NCBI RefSeq assembly: GCF_009914755.1
Contig: NC_060928.1
DNA: 64,000 bases
Source: the human T2T-CHM13v2.0 reference genome, Homo sapiens
Direction: 5' to 3' (one strand)
Each line of letters opens with the position of its first letter. Positions within the stretch are counted from its first letter, which is position 1. The notes beneath the pieces were generated by a model that was not told where the DNA came from, ran no database searches, and was given only the letters and a program-made list of their open reading frames with translations. Made by a program: the position numbers and the translations under genes. Below, piece after piece: positions 57,198-64,000 of the stretch.

Positions 57198-58749
57198 TTT
57201 CATTCGATAGGGAAATCAAGACAAAACAGAGTTCCAAGGGTGGACCTGATAGATTCATAGGGTGGAGGAAGAAGAAATTTCAGGGAAAATTTGCAGCCTG
57301 AAAACAACTAGTGAGGACTTCTGTCTGGCACAATGACATCAGGTTGTGACTGCACTTCTATTCCTGAGTCAAGACTGGCTGAGGAATAGGGTGGATCTGA
57401 TCCAGCAGACAAATCCTCAGTGATGCCCGCTGGAGAGGCTGGAGGAGGCAGGAGTTTAAACAGTGCAGAATTCTTGCTGCCATCCTGCTGGCCTCCCAGG
57501 GGACCAAGAGAGCACTTTTGTACCTCCATCCTACTGTGACTCCGCAGTGCATCCAATCTCATGCAAACTCCTTTAGCTGTACTTGAAGCTGTTCTGGATG
57601 ATTAATCTGCTTGTATTGATTATTTTTAGCCTAAGTTTAAATGAAGAGCAAATATTTCTCTCTGATAGATTTACAGTGCTTTGTTTATTGGGAATATTTT
57701 TGGACTGAACAACAAGTAAACTATGCTCTACATAAAATGGTAATGGTCAATATGCTAAATTAGGTAATACTAAGTAAACTTTTTTAGTATAGTCTCAATA
57801 CAGAGATAATAGGTAAGTTCAAAAATTTTAAATTACTATGAGTACATTTGAGATTCTGGTGCTTCTGAACTACAAGTGATGATGTCATTGAGGCACAGAA
57901 TTACTTTCTCAGGTGGTTTGACTATTAAAAAAGTGTTTACATTAGATTATAAGCTGGCAAATATCAGACACATTGTTAGAATGTTTAATATTTTCATACG
58001 TCACAGGAGAACCTGGAACTGTGATATCAAGCATTGCACCTTTTGGATTTAATTCTGTAGTTCTTCCTAACATTTACTTGCTAACCTTTGGTGTTTATTT
58101 CCTTTTTGAGGAGGGGAGTTGTTTTGCTCTGCTCTGGGTAAAACTTCTAAAATTATTTTATTTTGTACAAAATTTATGTTTGTCTTTGAAGTACAGAATT
58201 TCTACATTGGTTTCCCTATTTGACATGTGAATTAGATCACTGGGATTTTCAATCCTGAATTGTGTGAAGAATCATATCTGAAATAAATTTAGTGGATTAA
58301 GCTAGTTGATAAGATCCAATGTTGTGATTTATATTTCTATATACATGTTACTATATTTCCAATTATCTTTTGAATATTTAAAAAGGGTGCCTGATAGACT
58401 ATAAGAAAAATTTTAGTGTTTTTTGGAAAATAATTTTATATTTTTGCACTGTGTGCCCACTTTTTAACACAAATGCATGTTTTTTCAGAGAAATTTAAAA
58501 AATAAAGTTGAATATTTTGGGCTGCGGATTTTAACTTCCCTAGGAAGTGCCGCCCTCAAGGCATCTCTACCATTTTGAAATTACGACTATAATATTGACT
58601 ATAATTATGACTAAAATATTTAAACAATAATAAATATTTTCAAATATATATGTTGGCCATTTAAAAAAGTATTGCATTACATATTTTAAAATTTTTCTCA
58701 CTTTTAAAATTCATAATATTATTTTACATTTGTATATTACTCTATTTAG

Positions 58750-58975
58750 AGGCACAATGCCTAGCATAGAATTTGAACTCCACCACTGATGTGATCCATC
58801 TTGGGAATATTACTTAACCTCTCCTGAACCTCAGTTTCATATTGTATGGTTAAGATAAAAATAGTACCTGCCTCACAATTTTATTGTGAGGATTATATGA
58901 TTTAATATAGGTAAGGTGATTAAAACAGTATTTGGAACCCAGTAAGGGATACAGAATTATTTACTTTGTTATTTT
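58750..58975 (+). mobile_element. MIR
   Basis: TTACTTAACCTCTCCTGAACCTCAGTTTC...ATAGTACCTGCCTCACA. Confidence 0.8.
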
Positions 58976-60369
58976 TAAAACTTATTTGGGGAATATAGGA
59001 AAAAGTGATATAAATCATAAACCTGCAGAGGGGATTTTCTACACAGTATTATTACAATAATCTCCCCTTGAAAAAGGATACTAAGAGTCTCACTGTCTAT
59101 GCTTAGATTTAACATGAATACAATATGAATCAGAGAAAACTTTTTATTGATCAGCATAAGATGGTTAGAAGAATGCTCTAATATCCAAGTAATAACCATG
59201 ATGTTGAACTCTGTTCTTTAAATAAGACAAAGTAGTTGAAACAGTTGTAATTATCTGATACTCTCACCTGTAGGTGTAGGTAAAGTAAACCAGTGAGAGC
59301 TAAGCTCCCACTCTGCTGCAGCAGAGGGAGATGAACAGACTAGTAGGAAAGGGACTGCTCATGGAGGACATGGGTTGTGGTGTTAGAGAGCAATATAAAA
59401 AGCTGGGCTGTGGTCAGGGCTGGAACTGCTGAAGTACACAGTGCAATTGTGCTTTGAGACCTAACTTGCCCTTGATCACATCTATGAGAAATAGGCCCAG
59501 AAAGAGTCACTTATGGTCCAAAGGTAGCATTAGCATTCTAAACACATCTAGTCATTTCCATTCCAAGGAAGAATGCCCAGATAGATAGTTGTGAACATCT
59601 CTTATCTTGGGATCAATAATGGAAGAATAGAGGAGCGATTTGCTTCACTTCTCTTTTTTCTTTTTAAAATGCACTGTAACCAATGTGTCTGGCTTGAAGG
59701 CTATTAACTGGGTTGCATCATACTGGTGGGCTAGGGAGTTAAACAATACAGACTAGAAGTCATTGCTACAGGTTTTTTTTTTTTATAAAGCATATGCTAA
59801 TGTGATACACATTTATCTCAAACATGTATCCCAAAACCTACTCATTATTTTATCTCCCAAGATTATTTCCTTTGTTCTTGATTAATATTATCACTATACG
59901 CCTGCTTTTCAAGGTCATAAATCTCTGTATTCCATTCAATTTCACTCCTTTCTAACTCTTCACATAAAATTTGTTAATTTAGACCAGTACGTGTCAGACA
60001 CTATTCTGGGAACTAGTTGTATTTTAGTGAAAAGAAATCGACAATAAAAACATTACCTGTCCTCATGGTGTTGACAGGAGACAAGCTCACAAATAAATAT
60101 ATGATTTAGTGGAGTGTTATGATTTGTTATGTTTTGTCATTATTTTTATATGCTTTTATATAAAATATGTTATATCATTTATATAATAAATAATAGTTTA
60201 GAAGTATCAGTAAAATATCTTGAATAGGAATGAAACGATAATTTAAAATGAGTGGTATCAGCAGAAAACATTATAGTGGACCCAGAAGGACCAAAAAAAC
60301 AAAAATATAATTTTGTTATTCACAGAAAATACCTTGAGCCTAGGAATATTTAATTAAGCAAACATTTTT

Positions 60370-60515
60370 CAGACATGCGCTATGTATATTTTTATTAACT
60401 CCACAAAAATTTCTTGAGAATCTTTTGGGCACTGGGACAAAATAGTAAACACCATATATAAAATCCCTACCCTTATGGAATTTACATTCTAGTGGAGAAG
60501 ACAGATGAATAAGAA
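60370..60515 (-). mobile_element. L2 3' fragment
   Basis: CCCTACCCTTATGGAATTTACATTCTAGTGG. Confidence 0.6.
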
Positions 60516-60819
60516 AATGCCACACACATACTTCTTAACTATTCTACTTCCTAGCTTTCCCAGTCTGCCCCCCATTCAATAAAACCTTTCTTACCAGTGC
60601 CCTGTTGTGGCCCTTTCCAACCACAGATTATTGTATCAATTGGTCTCCACTTCATCATCTATATTGTCATAGTTATCCTTCTAAAGCATAGAGTTCATCA
60701 TTAGAGCCCTCTGATATTAACCTTTTATGACTTCCTGTCATCTTCCTTATGATTTCATTTACATTCTAGTCCTGTGATTCTCCAATCCTATTTACTGCTT
60801 TATAACCTGAGCAACATAT

Positions 60820-62345
60820 CCTCTTAGCTGCAACTTCAGCTTTTAGCTTAAGAATTGCTCATACTTCATTGAGAAAATATAAGCAACCACATAGGAGTGT
60901 TTTCATCTTCTTACCTCCGTATTGTAACCCTATTTCCATAAAATAATATGTATCATATTCTTTTTTCTTCCTTTGCAGCCTGTCGATGGCAAATATTTCC
61001 ACTTGTGCTTCCCTTTAGTTTCAAGACCTTTGCACTTGAAGTAATTGTATCATAAGTTTCTTCTTTTCTAGCGTGTTATTCCCACCTGTATACAATATGC
61101 TAATTCATTTAAAACATCTATTCCTTGATTTTCCATTTCCCTAAAGATATTACTCCATTTTTTGTAATATTGTTATCTTAACTTGCTCTCTCCATTCTTC
61201 ACCTACTGCTTACTAATCAACCTACTCCAATCTGGCTTCCATTTCTGCCATTCATGGAAACCTCAGCCCATCTTCTCTCTTTTCTTTTCTTCTCTCCTGC
61301 CTTATTTCCTTTCTTTATTTTGCCAAGGACATCAATAATAACCACATTGCCAAATCTAATAAACCTTTCTGTACTCATGTTACCCTGCTACTCAGGAGCA
61401 TTCAATATGAGTCAGCCTGCATTCCTTGAAAAACTTGACTGTCTAGACTACTTCTTCCTTTCCAGTCTCCTTGTTCTGGATGATCCTTCCCCTTTACCTG
61501 AAATCATAATTATCCACACCCTCTCCCTAGGTGATTGCACTTAGTCACTGTGATTTAAATGCTAACAATTGAAAAACGAAAGAGCTCCAGACGTATACAC
61601 CTACTGCTTATTGTACTTGTCCAGTTGAATGCCTACTAGGCATTTCAAGCTTGAATTTTACAAACCAGAACTTCTGTTTTTTTTCCACTCCCCACCTGTT
61701 CTTCGAAAAGTCTTCCCCATCCCAATAAGTGGTACCACCAAACACCCAATTATGCAAACCCCAATACCTAGAAGTTATCCATGATTTCTTTATTTTTTCC
61801 TCATCCCCCCACAGCATCCATTAGCATGTTCAAAATATATTTTGAATCTCTCTGCTTCTTTCCATTTATACTGTTACTACCTTGTTTTAAGTCACATTCA
61901 TCTTTTCTGGACAATTGTGGCAGCTTCTTAACTGCTATCTTTGCTTCCTCTCTTATTCATGCCCACATAGCAGCCAGAGTAATCTTTATTAAAATATGCA
62001 TCAGATCCTGTCACCCCCTTACTTAAAACTCTTCAATCGTTTTCCATTTTGTTGAAAATAAAGTCCAGAAACTTTTCTGCCAAGGCCCTGCAGGATTTAG
62101 TTCCTGGATTTCTCTCTGGGATTATTCCTTACTGTTCTGCTCTAGCTGATTTCATTCTAGCCACACCATCCTCCTTTCTGTTCCTTGAATAAGCCAAACT
62201 CTTTTCCATTTCAGAACCTTTCATTTGATACTCCTAACACTTGGAATCCTCTTTCTCCGGCTTTTTGCATAGCAGCTTATTTTTCTTTGACTCTTAGCTC
62301 AAATGTCATTTCCTTAGAGAAGGCTTCTTTACTTTTTACTCTAAA
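60820..62345 (+). mobile_element. L2a long 3' portion
   Basis: CCTACTCCAATCTGGCTTCC, CACATTGCCAAATCTAAT, CAGCCAGAGTAATCTTT, CAAATGTCATTTCCTTAGAGAAGGCTTC. Confidence 0.8.
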
Positions 62346-62474
62346 TAGCATATTGGTCTTGTGAGAATATCTACAACAAACATTTTCTAGGGTCAAATAC
62401 AGTTTGACGGTTTTATATATATTACATTGCCTTTTTGGAATTCTTATGCACAGTAGCACATTATAGCTTCATTA

Positions 62475-62725
62475 ATTCATACATTCATTCTTTTAGTTAA
62501 CATTTATGAACACCTGCTATGTGCCCCAAATTATTCTAGGTGCTTGAGATACATCAAATAGTAAAACAGACACAATTCCTAATTTGTAAAGTTTACATTC
62601 TAGTGAGTGAGACAAATAATAAACACTTAACATAATTCAAAACAAATTATATAGTATAAGGAAGGTCATTCATGCTGCAGAAAAAGAGAGTTAGGTAAGT
62701 AGGATTGAGAGTGCCATGGTGGTTG
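62475..62725 (-). mobile_element. L2a 3' end
   Basis: CATTTATGAACACCTGCTATGTGCC...TTCTAGGTGCTTGAGATACATCA...TTTACATTCTAGTG. Confidence 0.8.
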
Positions 62726-63302
62726 CGGTATTCTGAGAATCATATTATGAAGAAACCAGCATTTTTCAAAATTATTAAACCATGCAACACACATTATAAT
62801 GTTGTGAAACTAATTTTCCAAGGAACACACTTTAGGAAATTATGATAAGCCTACCTTTCATTCTCTTCTCTCCTACATTCATTTTACAGAGTAGAAGCCT
62901 GAGTTCTAGAGAAGCCATCTAATTATCCATGAGTCACAAATCCTTCCTAGAAATTTAAGATATGATGTACGCTTTACAAAGTCGATTGTGAGGATTATGA
63001 TAGAAATAATCAGTTGCATATCTAGGATATTTGGCACTTGAAGTAACTTGTTTATATGACAAAATTTCTTCCAGTAATAGTCATGAAATAGGACAAATAA
63101 AATAATGGTTAGAAAAATCAGCAGACTTTAAAATTTTTCTTCTATTGAATTTTGTATATGTAATAATGCCAATAAAAAGAATAGTAAGTAAATAAATATT
63201 ACAGTACAAAATGAGAAAGGTAATGGGTTAATACTTTTAAGTTACAATAATATTCTCTTTTTAAAAACATGCCCAAATAGGTGGTCTGTTACATATAACA
63301 AT

Positions 63303-63696
63303 TATTAGGGACTGAATGTGTCCCTACCTGACTCCCAGCCCTAAATTTGTACGCTGAAACTCTAACTCCCATGTCACTATATTTAGAGTAAGGAAGTAAA
63401 TAAGGTCAAATGAGGGCATAAGGATGGCGTTCTGATCTAATAGAATTTGTGTCTTTATAAGAAGAGACATCTTTTTTTTCTGTCTTTCCCCGAGGGCACA
63501 TACAGAGGAAAAGACATGTGGGGACATAATGAGAGGACAGCCATCTGCAAGCCAAGAAGAGAATCCTCACCAGAAACCAACTTGACTGGAATCTTGATCT
63601 TGAACTTCTTGCTTCCAGAATTATGAGAAAATAAATTGTTGTTTAACCCACACAGTCTATTGTACTTAGTTGTAGCAGTCTGAGAAGACTAATACA
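63303..63696 (+). mobile_element. MLT1A-type LTR
   Basis: GGACTGAATGTGTCCC...CAGCCATCTGCAAGCCAAGAAGAGA...GACTAATACA. Confidence 0.88.
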
Positions 63697-64000
63697 TTGA
63701 TAAACTGGTCAGTTACAACAATGAATATATTATTTATACATTATATAAATGATTATAGTTTCTGTATTAGCTTAGATTTTGCAAATTTGTCAATAGCTTT
63801 GTCCAAGTTGATTTTCTTTATATATTCCTATTTCATAGACTATATTAGCTAGATTTGTCAATCTATCTTACTCATAATGACTGAAGAACACTTTTAAATT
63901 CAATTTAAAAGGTTTTTGTCACATAAAGCAACAAATATAAAACTAGAAAAAATATAAATATGAATATAAATTTGAAGGAAATTAATAAAAATCGTATTGT

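Overview
This is AT-rich, gene-poor primate (human or great-ape type) genomic DNA, intergenic or intronic, and dominated by transposable-element fossils: L1PA/L1MA/L1M, Alu J/S/Y, MIR, L2, MaLR (THE1/MST/MLT1), ERV1/ERVK/ERVL solo LTRs, and Tigger/MADE1/hAT MITEs. I recognise no host protein-coding exon, tRNA, rRNA or CRISPR array. The long ORFs are L1 ORF2 remnants or chance frames in Alu, LTR and microsatellite sequence. I see no evidence for a new enzymatic system; the notable signals are structural. (1) A ~1.1 kb inversion-with-deletion (about 23507-24639) can be inferred because an orphan antisense THE1 LTR stub carries the same 5-bp TSD (ATGAC) as the THE1 3' LTR ending at 26357. (2) A tail-less internal L1PA ORF2 segment joins two truncated LTRs and itself contains a captured 148-bp older L1MA piece. 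(3) An ancient twin-primed L1MA retains its TSD. (4) One target site was hit by two successive Alu-family insertions. (5) An L1 ORF2 C-terminus is open for 302 aa yet has lost all three CCHC cysteines. (6) There are several candidate non-coding + strand exons and non-B DNA motifs. Subfamily names come from recalled consensus sequences and should be confirmed with RepeatMasker/Dfam. Boundaries of old elements are approximate.
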